DNA from: Thermoanaerobaculia bacterium
GTDB lineage: Bacteria; Acidobacteriota; Thermoanaerobaculia; UBA5066
Assembly (NCBI GenBank): GCA_963816185.1
Contig: CAWFJJ010000008.1
Location: forward strand, 343,010 to 407,009
DNA: 64,000 nucleotides
Direction: 5' to 3'
The notes under the pieces are model-generated. The model saw only the letters and a program-made list of their open reading frames with translations, did not search any database and was not told the origin of the DNA. The translations under genes and the position numbers were made by a program. Each line of letters begins with the position of its first letter. Position 1 is the first letter of the stretch. Below, piece by piece: positions 37,915 through 47,248 of the stretch.

Positions 37915-39273
37915 ATGCGCTACATCCCGAACAGCCCCGCCGAGCGCGAGTCTCTTCTCGCGGCCGTCGGCGCGGCGTCGATCGACGATCTTTTCGCGAC
38001 GGTCCCGCGCGCCGTTTACCGCACGGAGCCGCCCGGCCTTCCGCCTCCGGCCTCCGAGATCGAGGTCCGGCGGGATCTGGGCCGGGTCGCGGCGAGGAAC
38101 GCGCACCTCGGGGACTGGACGTCGTTCCTGGGCGCGGGCCTGTACAGCCACCATGCCCCCGCGTTCGTCTCGCAGCTTCTCCTGCGCGGCGAGTTCCTGA
38201 CGTCGTACACGCCGTACCAGGCCGAAGTCTCCCAGGGCACCCTCACGGCGATCTGGGAGTTCCAGACGCACATCGCGCTTCTCACGGGGCTCGACGTCGC
38301 GAACGCCTCGATGTACGAAGGTGCGTCGGCCTTCGTCGAGGCCGTGCTCATGGCCGAGCGCCTCACGAAGAAGAAGACGAAGGTCGTCGTCTCGGCCGGT
38401 GTGCATCCCGAATACCGGCAATGCCTCCGCACGTATCTCGTGAACTTCCCGTTCACGATCGTCGAGGTCGCGCTCGGAAAGGACGGCATGACGGACGTCG
38501 CGGCGCTCGCGGCGGCCGTCGACGACGAGACGTTTGCGGTCTGCGTGCAGTCTCCGAACGTGTTCGGGGTCGTCGAGGGCTGGCGGGCCGCCGCCGACGC
38601 CGCGCACGCGCACGAAGCGCTCGCGATCGGCGTCGTGAACGAGATGTTCTCGCTCGCGGTCCTGGAACCGCCCGGAGCCGCGGGGATCGACATCGCGTGC
38701 GGCGAGGCCGCCTCGTTCGGCCTCGCACCCTCGTTCGGCGGCCCGCTCGTAGGATTCCTCGCGTGCCGAGACGCCGGGAAGCGCCAGATTCCCGGCCGCC
38801 TCGCCGGACGCGCAACGGACGCGGACGGAAGGCAAGGCTTCTGCCTGACGCTCGCCACGCGCGAGCAGCACATCCGGCGCGAGAGGGCGACGTCGAACAT
38901 CTGCACGAATCAGGGCCTGTTCGCGCTCGCGGCCACGATGACCCTCTCCGTGCTCGGCAAGAAAGGGCTCAGGGAGACGGCCGTTCAATGCCTCTCGAAG
39001 GCCGAGTACCTGAAGGCCTCCGTCAAGGCGCTTCCCGGCCCGTTCTCCGTCGCCTTCTCAGGAAAGACGTTCAACGAGTTCGCTCTGCGCTGCGGCGTCC
39101 CGGTGGCCGAGGTCCTGCGCCGCGCCGAGGAGAGGAAGATCCTCGCGGGCGTCCCGTACGCGAGGCTCGAGCCCGCGGCCACGGCATATCGCGATCTCCT
39201 TCTCGTCGCGGTGACGGAGCGGACGCCGCGCAGCGGGCTAGACGCCCTCCTCGACACCCTGAGGTCCTTCTGA
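37915..39273 (+). CDS. gcvPA: Glycine dehydrogenase subunit 1
   Basis: YTPYQAEVSQG, ANASMYEG, TREQHIRRERATSNICTNQ. Confidence 0.96.
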   Translation: MRYIPNSPAERESLLAAVGAASIDDLFATVPRAVYRTEPPGLPPPASEIEVRRDLGRVAARNAHLGDWTSFLGAGLYSHHAPAFVSQLLLRGEFLTSYTPYQAEVSQGTLTAIWEFQTHIALLTGLDVANASMYEGASAFVEAVLMAERLTKKKTKVVVSAGVHPEYRQCLRTYLVNFPFTIVEVALGKDGMTDVAALAAAVDDETFAVCVQSPNVFGVVEGWRAAADAAHAHEALAIGVVNEMFSLAVLEPPGAAGIDIACGEAASFGLAPSFGGPLVGFLACRDAGKRQIPGRLAGRATDADGRQGFCLTLATREQHIRRERATSNICTNQGLFALAATMTLSVLGKKGLRETAVQCLSKAEYLKASVKALPGPFSVAFSGKTFNEFALRCGVPVAEVLRRAEERKILAGVPYARLEPAATAYRDLLLVAVTERTPRSGLDALLDTLRSF

Positions 39274-40808
39274 TGAGCGACCACGGCACCCTCACCTCCC
39301 CGGAGCCTCTCGTGCGCGCCGATTCCCGCCTCGACCGGCGGCGGCGCTTCGGCTCGCTCTTCGACGCGCCCCGCGCGGGACGCGTCGGCGTCCTCCTCCC
39401 GCCGCTCGACGTGCCCGAGGCCGATCCGGCCGCGCTCTACGGCAAGGCGCACCGCCCGGGTGTCGAGGGAGAGGTGGAAGCCTCCGAAGTCGACGTCGTG
39501 AGGCACTTCACGCGCCTCTCGCAGCTGAACTTCGCGATCGACACGGCGCTCTACTCGCTCGGCTCGTGCACGATGAAGCACAACCCGAGGCTCAACGAGG
39601 AGATCGCGCGCCTTCCCGGCTTCAACGACACGCACCCTTACGCGCCCGAGCACCTCTCGCAGGGCAACCTCGAGCTCCTCGTCCGGCTCGAGGAGGCGTT
39701 GAAGGTGCTGACCGGGTTCTCGCGCGTCACGCTTCAGCCGTCGGCCGGCGCGAACGGCGAGCTCACCGGCGCCCTCATGATCCGCGCCGCGCACGTGAAG
39801 GCGGGCAACGCGCGCAAGCACGTTCTCGTGCCCGACTCCGCGCACGGCACGAACCCCGCGACCGCGCATTTCGCGGGGTACTCGGTCGTCGAGCTCGGGT
39901 CCTCCGAGCGCGGGACCGTCGACCTTTCCGAGCTCGAGGCGAAGGTCACGGACGACGTCGCGGCCCTCATGATCACCGTGCCGAACACGCTCGGCGTCTT
40001 CGAGGACCACATCCTCGACGTCGCGAAGATCGTGCACGCCAAGGGCGCGTATCTCTACCTCGACGGCGCGAACTTCAACGCGTTCGTGGGCAAGGTGCGT
40101 CCGGCCGACATGGGCGTGGACGCCATGCACATGAACCTGCACAAGACGTTCTCGACTCCGCACGGCGGCGGAGGCCCCGGAGCGGGGCCCGTCGGCGTGG
40201 GCGCGTCTCTCGTGCCGTTCCTCCCCGTGCCCACCGTCGAGCGCGCGGGGGACGCGTTCCGGCTGGATTACGACCGTCCCGACTCGATCGGGAAGATGCG
40301 CGCGTTCTACGGGAACTTCGGGGTCCTCGTGCGCGCGCTGACGTACATCCTGTCCTACGGGAGCTCGATCCACGAGGTGGCCGAGAACGCCGTCCTGAAC
40401 GCGAACTACCTGCGCAAACGGCTCGAGCCCTTCTACCACCTGAAGTACGACGCGCCTAGCTACCACGAGATCGTCTTCTCGGACCACCGCCAGGCGGCCG
40501 CGGGCGTGCACAACATCGACATCGCCAAGCGCCTCATGGACTTCGGCTTCCATCCGCCCACGATGTCCTTTCCGCTCATCGTGCCGGGCGCGCTCATGAT
40601 CGAGCCGACCGAATCCGAGGGGAAGGACGAGCTCGACGCGTTCGCGGACGCGATGATCGCGATCGCGAAGGAATGCGAAGAGTCGCCCGAGATCGTCAAG
40701 TCCGCGCCGCACACGACGCCCGTCGGCCGGCTCGACGACGCGGCCACGGCGCGCGAGGCCTCCAAGCACGGGAACTTTGCTCCGGTCCTCAGGGCGCCGG
40801 TCAAGTAG
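39273..40808 (+). CDS. gcvPB: Glycine dehydrogenase subunit 2
   Basis: TGATG coupling; LGSCTMKHNP, HGTNPA, NLHKTFSTPHGGGGPG, MIEPTESE. Confidence 0.96.
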   Translation: MSDHGTLTSPEPLVRADSRLDRRRRFGSLFDAPRAGRVGVLLPPLDVPEADPAALYGKAHRPGVEGEVEASEVDVVRHFTRLSQLNFAIDTALYSLGSCTMKHNPRLNEEIARLPGFNDTHPYAPEHLSQGNLELLVRLEEALKVLTGFSRVTLQPSAGANGELTGALMIRAAHVKAGNARKHVLVPDSAHGTNPATAHFAGYSVVELGSSERGTVDLSELEAKVTDDVAALMITVPNTLGVFEDHILDVAKIVHAKGAYLYLDGANFNAFVGKVRPADMGVDAMHMNLHKTFSTPHGGGGPGAGPVGVGASLVPFLPVPTVERAGDAFRLDYDRPDSIGKMRAFYGNFGVLVRALTYILSYGSSIHEVAENAVLNANYLRKRLEPFYHLKYDAPSYHEIVFSDHRQAAAGVHNIDIAKRLMDFGFHPPTMSFPLIVPGALMIEPTESEGKDELDAFADAMIAIAKECEESPEIVKSAPHTTPVGRLDDAATAREASKHGNFAPVLRAPVK

Positions 40809-40922
40809 AGAGGAGAAGGAGGAAAGAGATTTCTTAGAAAGTGAATATTTGGCGCCGCAGTTTTCTAGGCCATCCGTATCTTTACCTTCTAAGAAAATCT
40901 TCTCTTCTCTTAGAATTCCCTG

Positions 40923-42737
40923 ATGCTCCGCGTCCGCGTTGCGTATCTGGACGGGCGGCGCCTCGTCCGCGCGCTCGTCGCGGGAGCCCGCGCCGTCGCC
41001 GCTCAGAGCGCGGCGTTGGACCGCATCAACGTGTTTTCGGTCGCCGACAACGACACGGGCTCGAACCTGACGGCGACCCTCGCGCGCGTTTCTGCGGCGG
41101 TCGCAGGCTCCCGCGAGAGGGACGTCGCGCGCGTCGCGCGCCTGGCGGCGGACGAAGCGCTGATGGGATCGCGGGGGAACTCCGGCGCGATCCTCGCGCA
41201 GCTCCTCGAAGGATTCGCCGCGGGCGCGGCCGGCGCGCCAAGGCTCTCGACCCGTGGATTCGGGGCCGCTGCCGCGTCGGCGGCCGCCGCGGCGCGCGAG
41301 GCCATGGCGCAGCCGCGCGAGGGCACGATCCTGAGCGTCGTCGCCGCCTTCGCGGAGGAGGCCGCCCGGCGGGCATCCGAAACCGCCGACTTCGCGGTCC
41401 TGCTTCCCCTCGCGGCACGGGAGGCGAAACGAGCGCTCCTTCGGACGAAGGATCAGCTCGAGGTCCTGCGCCGTGCCGGCGTCGTGGACGCGGGCGCGCA
41501 GGGATTCGTCTTCCTCCTCGAGGGCGCGATCGCGGCGTTCGCGCGGGGCGCGGCGTTCTGGGTGCAGCCTCCGGAGGACCGGGTCGAAGCGCGGATCCGG
41601 GAGGCGCGCGACTCGATCCTCTTTCGCTATTGCACGGAGGCCCTCGTGACAGGCGCGCGGCTCGACCGCGACGCGCTGCGCCGCGCGCTCGCGCCGCTCG
41701 GCGATTCGATCGCGGTCGTGGGCGGGGCCTCGCGGCTGCGCGTGCACGTCCACGTGAACAGCCCCGAGGACGCCTTCGCGATAGTCCGGCGGTTCGGCGA
41801 CGTCGTCGAGACGAAGATCGAGGACATGCGCGCGCAGCACCTGGGCCGGTTCGCGGCGAAGGGGCGCGTCGCGGTCGTGACGGACTCCGCGTGCGACCTC
41901 CCGGACGCGGATCTCGAGTCGGAGGAAATCACGGTGGTGCCGCTCCGGCTCCTCCTCGGCGACGAGACCTTCCTCGACAAGGTCACGATCACCCCCGCCG
42001 AGTTTCAGCGCCGGCTTTCCGAAGGGCGGCTCGTCGCGAAGACCTCGCAGCCTCCGCCCGCGGATTTTCGCGAGGTCTATGGCGCGCTCGCGGCTCACGG
42101 CGCGCCCGTTCTCGGAATCCACGTCGCCGGCGCCTTGTCAGGCACCTTCTCCGCCGCCCGCACGGCCGCGGGCTCTCTCCGCGCCGACGGAGGCCTCGCG
42201 CCCATCGCCGTCCTCGATTCGAGGAACGTGTCCGTGGCGCAGGGCCTCGTCGTGCGGGAAGCCGCGCGCGCCGCGCGGGGCGGCGCAACCCACGCCGAGA
42301 CGCTTGCCGTCGCCGCGAGAGCGGCCTCGCGGGCGCGCCTTTACGCCGCCGTGCCGTCGCTCGACACGCTCGTCAAGGGCGGCCGCGTCACGGCAGGTCA
42401 GCGTGCGCTGGCGAACGCGCTCGGCGTGGTCCCGCTCCTCACGCTCGATCCGGCGGGTCGTCCCAGGGCGGGCGGCGCCTCGCGGGGTTTCCCCCGGGCG
42501 TGCGCCAAGCTCGTGGAGAAGGCCCTCGCGAAGACGCGGGGCCTTCCGGCGCCGACGTGGGGAATCGCCCACTTCGAGGCGGCCCGGCTCGCAGCGCGCA
42601 TCGCCGACGAGCTTCTCCAACGCCGGCCGGGCTCCGATGCGTTTGTCGTGGAGGTCGCGCCCGTGCTCGCCGCGCACGCGGGCCCGGGAGCGGTCGCGGT
42701 GGGCTTCCTGGGCTCGCGCGTGCGCGGATCGTCCTGA
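40923..42737 (+). CDS. DAK2 (FakA-like) + DegV (FakB-like) fusion, putative fatty acid kinase
   Basis: INVFSVADNDTGSN, RGNSGAIL, EGTILSV, VVDAG, HVHVN; then VVTDSACDL, TSQP, KGGR, HAGPG. Confidence 0.87.
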   Translation: MLRVRVAYLDGRRLVRALVAGARAVAAQSAALDRINVFSVADNDTGSNLTATLARVSAAVAGSRERDVARVARLAADEALMGSRGNSGAILAQLLEGFAAGAAGAPRLSTRGFGAAAASAAAAAREAMAQPREGTILSVVAAFAEEAARRASETADFAVLLPLAAREAKRALLRTKDQLEVLRRAGVVDAGAQGFVFLLEGAIAAFARGAAFWVQPPEDRVEARIREARDSILFRYCTEALVTGARLDRDALRRALAPLGDSIAVVGGASRLRVHVHVNSPEDAFAIVRRFGDVVETKIEDMRAQHLGRFAAKGRVAVVTDSACDLPDADLESEEITVVPLRLLLGDETFLDKVTITPAEFQRRLSEGRLVAKTSQPPPADFREVYGALAAHGAPVLGIHVAGALSGTFSAARTAAGSLRADGGLAPIAVLDSRNVSVAQGLVVREAARAARGGATHAETLAVAARAASRARLYAAVPSLDTLVKGGRVTAGQRALANALGVVPLLTLDPAGRPRAGGASRGFPRACAKLVEKALAKTRGLPAPTWGIAHFEAARLAARIADELLQRRPGSDAFVVEVAPVLAAHAGPGAVAVGFLGSRVRGSS

Positions 42738-42857
42738 GAATGGGTCGCTTCGGAGAATAGAGCTTGACTCTCCTGCCGTCCGGCAAAAAAATCCGGAGAT
42801 CTGTCAGAATGTCCACAATCAGCTTCGTTCTATCCCTGTAACGTGAAGGAGGAACCG

Positions 42858-44159
42858 GTGTTCAAATCGATTCGCAGCCGGCTGACGGCCCTTGCGCTCG
42901 TCGGCCTCGTGACCGCAGGGTCGGCGGGCCGCCTCGATGCGGCGGGGTTCGCTCTCTTCGAGCAGGGCTCGAAAGGAAACGCGGTGGCGGGGGCGTTCGC
43001 CGCCACGGCAGACGACCCTTCGGCGATGTTCTACAACCCCGCCGGAAACGCCTTCATCGATCGGTTCACCCTGGAAGTCGGCGGCTTCGCGATCCTCAGG
43101 CCCACGGCCCGCCTCGACGGCCTGAGCCCGTACCCGGGTGACGGCTACTCGGCGAGCATGAGCAAGTCGCTGTACGGAATCGGCCACGGGTACGGCGTCC
43201 TGCCTCTGAGCAACGATGTGAAGCTTTCGGTGGGCTTCTGGACGCCGAACGGCCTCGGCGTGCCCTGGGAGAACCCCGACTCGTTCGCGGGCCGCTACAT
43301 CAGCCAGCGCGTCGACCTGCGCCAGATCGCGGTGTCGGCGCAGCTCGCCGTGAAGCTCTCGGACTCGATCGCGCTCGGAGCCGGCCCCGAGGTCCGCTTC
43401 ACGGACGTGAGGCTCGGCCAGAACATCTCCGCCGTCAACCCGTTCACGCAGCGCGTCGTGGACATCGCCCACGTGAGCGTCGTGTCCGACGGAGAGCCGG
43501 CCAAGCTCGGCTTCGCCGCGGGCCTCCTCGTCAAGCCCTGTGAGCGCGTGCGATTCGGCGTCTCCTACCACTCGCACATGGACGTCGACCTCCACGGCCC
43601 CGCGTATTTTGGACAGATTTCCACCGGGAACCCGCAGCTCGACGGCGTCGTCGCGCAGGAGCTTCCGTTCGGCAAGGGGGCGCAGGCCCGGACGACGCTC
43701 CAATTTCCTTCCGTCACGATGTTCGGCCTCGCGTACGAGGTCACGCCGAACCTGACGCTCGAGGCGGACGGGACCTACACGGCGTGGAAGGTCTTCGACC
43801 AGACCGTCCTGCAGATCGACACGCTGCCGGACACGGTCCTGGTACACAACTGGGTCAACACGTGGGCCTTCCGCGCGGGCCTGACCTACAAGATGGGCGC
43901 GAGCTGGGTCGCGGGCGGCTTCCTCTACGACCAGACGCCGCAGCCCGACGCCGACGCGGGACCGTTCCTGCCGGACAACAACCGCACGGGCGGCACGATC
44001 GGAGCCGGGATCGGCCTCTCGAATCACTTCCAGTTCCAGTTCTCGAGCCTCTTCCTCTGGTTCCACAAACGGACGATCACGACGAGCAAGGACAACTTCA
44101 GCGCCACGTACCAGACGTTCGCGATCCTGCCGAGCGTCACTCTCAAAGCGACGTTCTGA
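42858..44159 (+). CDS. OmpP1/FadL long-chain fatty acid outer-membrane transporter
   Basis: AAGGAGG RBS; AGFALFEQG...ADDPSAMFYNPAG; C-terminal Phe. Confidence 0.88.
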   Translation: MFKSIRSRLTALALVGLVTAGSAGRLDAAGFALFEQGSKGNAVAGAFAATADDPSAMFYNPAGNAFIDRFTLEVGGFAILRPTARLDGLSPYPGDGYSASMSKSLYGIGHGYGVLPLSNDVKLSVGFWTPNGLGVPWENPDSFAGRYISQRVDLRQIAVSAQLAVKLSDSIALGAGPEVRFTDVRLGQNISAVNPFTQRVVDIAHVSVVSDGEPAKLGFAAGLLVKPCERVRFGVSYHSHMDVDLHGPAYFGQISTGNPQLDGVVAQELPFGKGAQARTTLQFPSVTMFGLAYEVTPNLTLEADGTYTAWKVFDQTVLQIDTLPDTVLVHNWVNTWAFRAGLTYKMGASWVAGGFLYDQTPQPDADAGPFLPDNNRTGGTIGAGIGLSNHFQFQFSSLFLWFHKRTITTSKDNFSATYQTFAILPSVTLKATF

Positions 44160-44176
44160 GGGAGCACTAGAAGACC

Positions 44177-45664
44177 ATGAAGACCCTGAAATCCCTCCTC
44201 CGCATCTCCCTCGCTCTCGCCGCAGCGGCGGCGCTCTCGGCCGCGTCGACCGCCCGGGCCCAGGTCGACCTTTCCCGCATCGCATGGATCGGCGACTCCG
44301 AGGGCGCCGGCTTCTCTGCGGGCTGCCTCACAAAGCGCGTCCAGGTGGACTCGCCCGGCGCCGTCCTCGCGCGCACGAACGGCGTGGACTACCAGCAGCC
44401 GATCGTGAACGACCCGGGGTTGGGCGGCTGCATGGTCCTCACGTCGCTCGCGCCTTCGTTCGGCAAGGAGCCCTCGACCGGCACGCCTGCGAATCTCGCG
44501 CTCCCGCGGCCGTACAACAACCTCTCGGTCGGCGGCTGCGCGATCCACGACATGCTCGTCGCCACGACGGGAGCCCAGGTGGCTTCCGCGGGCACGTGCC
44601 GCAGCACGATCGATCTCGTCTTGAGAAACTCCGCGCTCCACCTCGGCTCGATGGTCGACCAGGCGGTCGCGCTCAGCCCGACGTTCGTCGTCCTGGAGAA
44701 CGTGGGCAACGATTACCTCGGCGCCGTCCTGAGCGGCACCTTCATCGACGGCGTGACGATCACTCCGGTCGCGTCGTTCGCGGCCGACACCAGCGCGGCG
44801 CTCGCGAAGCTGAAGGCGAAACAGCCGAACGGAATCGTCTTCGGCGTCGCCGACGTGACGAGCATCCCGTTCACGACGACGCTCCCGCCCTTCCTCACGA
44901 GCGGCGGCAAGCTCGTCCTGAATCCGGCGACCGGTCAGCCGATCCCGCTCCTCGGGCCGAGGGGATGCCCCACGGGCGTCCCGGCTTGCCCGATCCCGCC
45001 CACGACGCTCGTTACGCTGAACGCGGCCGCGTACCTGCCGCTCGGCTTCGGCATTCCGTGCGCGGTCGCCCCGACGCTGCCGAAGTGCAACAACCCGCTG
45101 CCTGCCGCGGGGGACCCGGTCACGGGAAACCCCGGCGCCCTCATCTATGCCTCCGACGTCACGCTCCTGAAGCAGCGTTTCGCCGACTACAACGCGGCGG
45201 TCAAGACCGCAGCGACCGCGAACGGATACAAGTTCTACGACACGAACGCCTTCCTTCTGAAACTGAAGGCCGGCTACGACTTCGGAGGCGTCACGATCAA
45301 CGCCGCCTTCCTGACGGGCGGAGCGTTCTCGTACGACGGCTTCCACCTGACGCCCATCGGTTACGCGATCCTCGCGGACGACCTCACAAAGTTCCTGAAC
45401 GAGAACTTCAACGCAGGCCTCCCACGCGTGAACATGTCGACGTATCTCTTCAACGGCGGGACGGCCGGCGGCCTCGCAGGGTCGTCGTCTTACGCGCCGC
45501 TCAACGGAGACGACTTCGAAAGGGCCATCCAGGCGATCTTCACGCCCGAGTTCGCCCGGCAGCTCGCGTCGATGATCCCCCCGCCCAGGCGTTCGCTCGT
45601 GCAGGGTGACAGCGGCACCGTTCAGCGCGCCGAGCCCCGCCATCGCGGCGTCGAGCAACCGTGA
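44177..45664 (+). CDS. Exported SGNH/GDSL-like lipase
   Basis: IGDSEGAG, NNLSVGG, GNDYLG, DGFHLTPIGY blocks. Confidence 0.82.
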   Translation: MKTLKSLLRISLALAAAAALSAASTARAQVDLSRIAWIGDSEGAGFSAGCLTKRVQVDSPGAVLARTNGVDYQQPIVNDPGLGGCMVLTSLAPSFGKEPSTGTPANLALPRPYNNLSVGGCAIHDMLVATTGAQVASAGTCRSTIDLVLRNSALHLGSMVDQAVALSPTFVVLENVGNDYLGAVLSGTFIDGVTITPVASFAADTSAALAKLKAKQPNGIVFGVADVTSIPFTTTLPPFLTSGGKLVLNPATGQPIPLLGPRGCPTGVPACPIPPTTLVTLNAAAYLPLGFGIPCAVAPTLPKCNNPLPAAGDPVTGNPGALIYASDVTLLKQRFADYNAAVKTAATANGYKFYDTNAFLLKLKAGYDFGGVTINAAFLTGGAFSYDGFHLTPIGYAILADDLTKFLNENFNAGLPRVNMSTYLFNGGTAGGLAGSSSYAPLNGDDFERAIQAIFTPEFARQLASMIPPPRRSLVQGDSGTVQRAEPRHRGVEQP

Positions 45665-45689
45665 CCGGCCGAAAGATCAGGAGGACGAT

Positions 45690-46523
45690 GTGATCTCTGC
45701 TTTCCTTCCGAAATCCCTGAGGCGTTGGCACGCCGGCGTGGCGGTTTTCGCCGCGCTCTTCGTCGTCGCGTGCACGTGCACGACCGGCGGCGGGTTCCGC
45801 ATCACGAAGCCGACCGCCGGCGAGCATCTGCCCCCGGGCGACGTCGTCGTCTGCATGACGGCCGTGCCGGGCGACTACTGCTACTTCCCGCCCAAGGCAT
45901 ACGAAGTCACGCTTGACGGCCACCAGAGCCGGATGGTCGTGGCCGACGCCAACCCGCTGTGCACGACTTTCAACGGTGTGGGCCCCGGGCCGCACGTAGC
46001 CGATGCCTGGGTGATGCGCAAGGACAAGCGCGCCGAGACGGCCAGCGTGAAGTTCATCGTCGACGCGCCGCCGCCCCCGCCGACGCCGGTTCCCACGCCC
46101 GAGCCCACGCCGATGGCGACTCCGCCGCCCCCGCCGCCGCCCCCGCCCGCAGAAGCGGAAGAGATGGTGAAAATTACGCAGAAAGGCGGCTATCTCGAGG
46201 ACATTTTCTTCGACTACGACAAGTTCGTCATCAAACCGGAGTACCACGAACGCCTCAAACGCGGGGCCGAGTGGATCAAGAACCATCCCGACACTCAGGT
46301 CACGATCGAGGGTCACTGCGACCAGCGTGGCTCGATCAAGTACAACCAAATCCTCGGTGAGAAGCGCGCCCGGGTGACGCGCGACCACATGGTCAAGCTC
46401 GGCGTGGATCCGGCCCGTATGACCGTCACGTCGGTCGGAAAAGAGCAGCCTTTCGATACGGGCAAGAACGAAAAGGCCTTCGCCTCGAACCGGAGGGCCC
46501 ACTTCATCATCACGAAACGCTGA
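45690..46523 (+). CDS. OmpA/Pal-family peptidoglycan-binding (lipo)protein with poly-Pro linker
   Basis: GGAGG RBS; VVAC lipobox-like; IFFDYDK, IEGHCDQRGS, NRRA. Confidence 0.85.
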   Translation: MISAFLPKSLRRWHAGVAVFAALFVVACTCTTGGGFRITKPTAGEHLPPGDVVVCMTAVPGDYCYFPPKAYEVTLDGHQSRMVVADANPLCTTFNGVGPGPHVADAWVMRKDKRAETASVKFIVDAPPPPPTPVPTPEPTPMATPPPPPPPPPAEAEEMVKITQKGGYLEDIFFDYDKFVIKPEYHERLKRGAEWIKNHPDTQVTIEGHCDQRGSIKYNQILGEKRARVTRDHMVKLGVDPARMTVTSVGKEQPFDTGKNEKAFASNRRAHFIITKR

Positions 46524-46547
46524 AAGGGGTCTCTTTCGGGCTTTTCC

Positions 46548-46584
46548 GCGGCCCGGGCCGGGCAGCCCGGGCCGCTTGTCTTTT
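46548..46584 (+). terminator. Rho-independent terminator
   Basis: GCGGCCCGGGC-6 nt-GCCCGGGCCGC then TTGTCTTTT. Confidence 0.75.
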
Positions 46585-46687
46585 CAGCGAAGGGTAGGTT
46601 AGGCTTATCGTCCGCCAGCGGATCAGGTGGGACGTCGCCCTTGTCACGTGCGCCGGAGCGGAATTCAATGGAACTTCTGGAGAATGA

Positions 46688-47248
46688 ATGATTTCCGCAA
46701 CTGAAATTCGCCCCGGAATGATCATCGTCTACAACGGTGAGCTTCACCGTACCCACAGCGTCCTCCACAAGACTCCCGGCAACCTCCGGGGATTCGTCCA
46801 GGCGAAGCTCCGGAACCTGAAGTCGGGCGCGATGAACGAGCACCGCTTCCGGTCGGAGGACAAGGTCGAAAAGGCTTCCCTCGACACACACGAGATGCAA
46901 TACCTGTATTCAGACGGCCAGGGCCATCACTTCATGAACCAGGAGACGTTCGACCAGATCCGTCTCGACGACGAGGTCGTGGGCGAATCCATGAAGTATC
47001 TCCTGCCGGAGACCGTCATCCAGGTCGACTTCTACGATGGCAATCCGGTCTCGGTCGAGCTTCCCACGACCGTGAACCTTCGGATCGTGGAGGTCGAGCC
47101 CGGCATGAAAGGCGCGACCGCCTCCGCGTCCTACAAGCCGGCGAAGCTCGAGACCGGCCTCGTCGTGCAAGTGCCGCAATTCGTCGAGGCGGGCACGGTC
47201 GTCAAGATCGACACGCGTGACGACGCTTATCTGGAGCGTGTTTCCTGA
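46688..47248 (+). CDS. efp: Translation elongation factor P
   Basis: 186 aa; MQYLY, KGATA, KPAKLETG, VPQFV, IDTR. Confidence 0.95.
   Translation: MISATEIRPGMIIVYNGELHRTHSVLHKTPGNLRGFVQAKLRNLKSGAMNEHRFRSEDKVEKASLDTHEMQYLYSDGQGHHFMNQETFDQIRLDDEVVGESMKYLLPETVIQVDFYDGNPVSVELPTTVNLRIVEVEPGMKGATASASYKPAKLETGLVVQVPQFVEAGTVVKIDTRDDAYLERVS

Noticed and set aside
30954-40808. Selenium-dependent glycine reductase link between selD and the glycine genes
   Set aside because: The genes are the ordinary glycine cleavage system; no grd genes are seen
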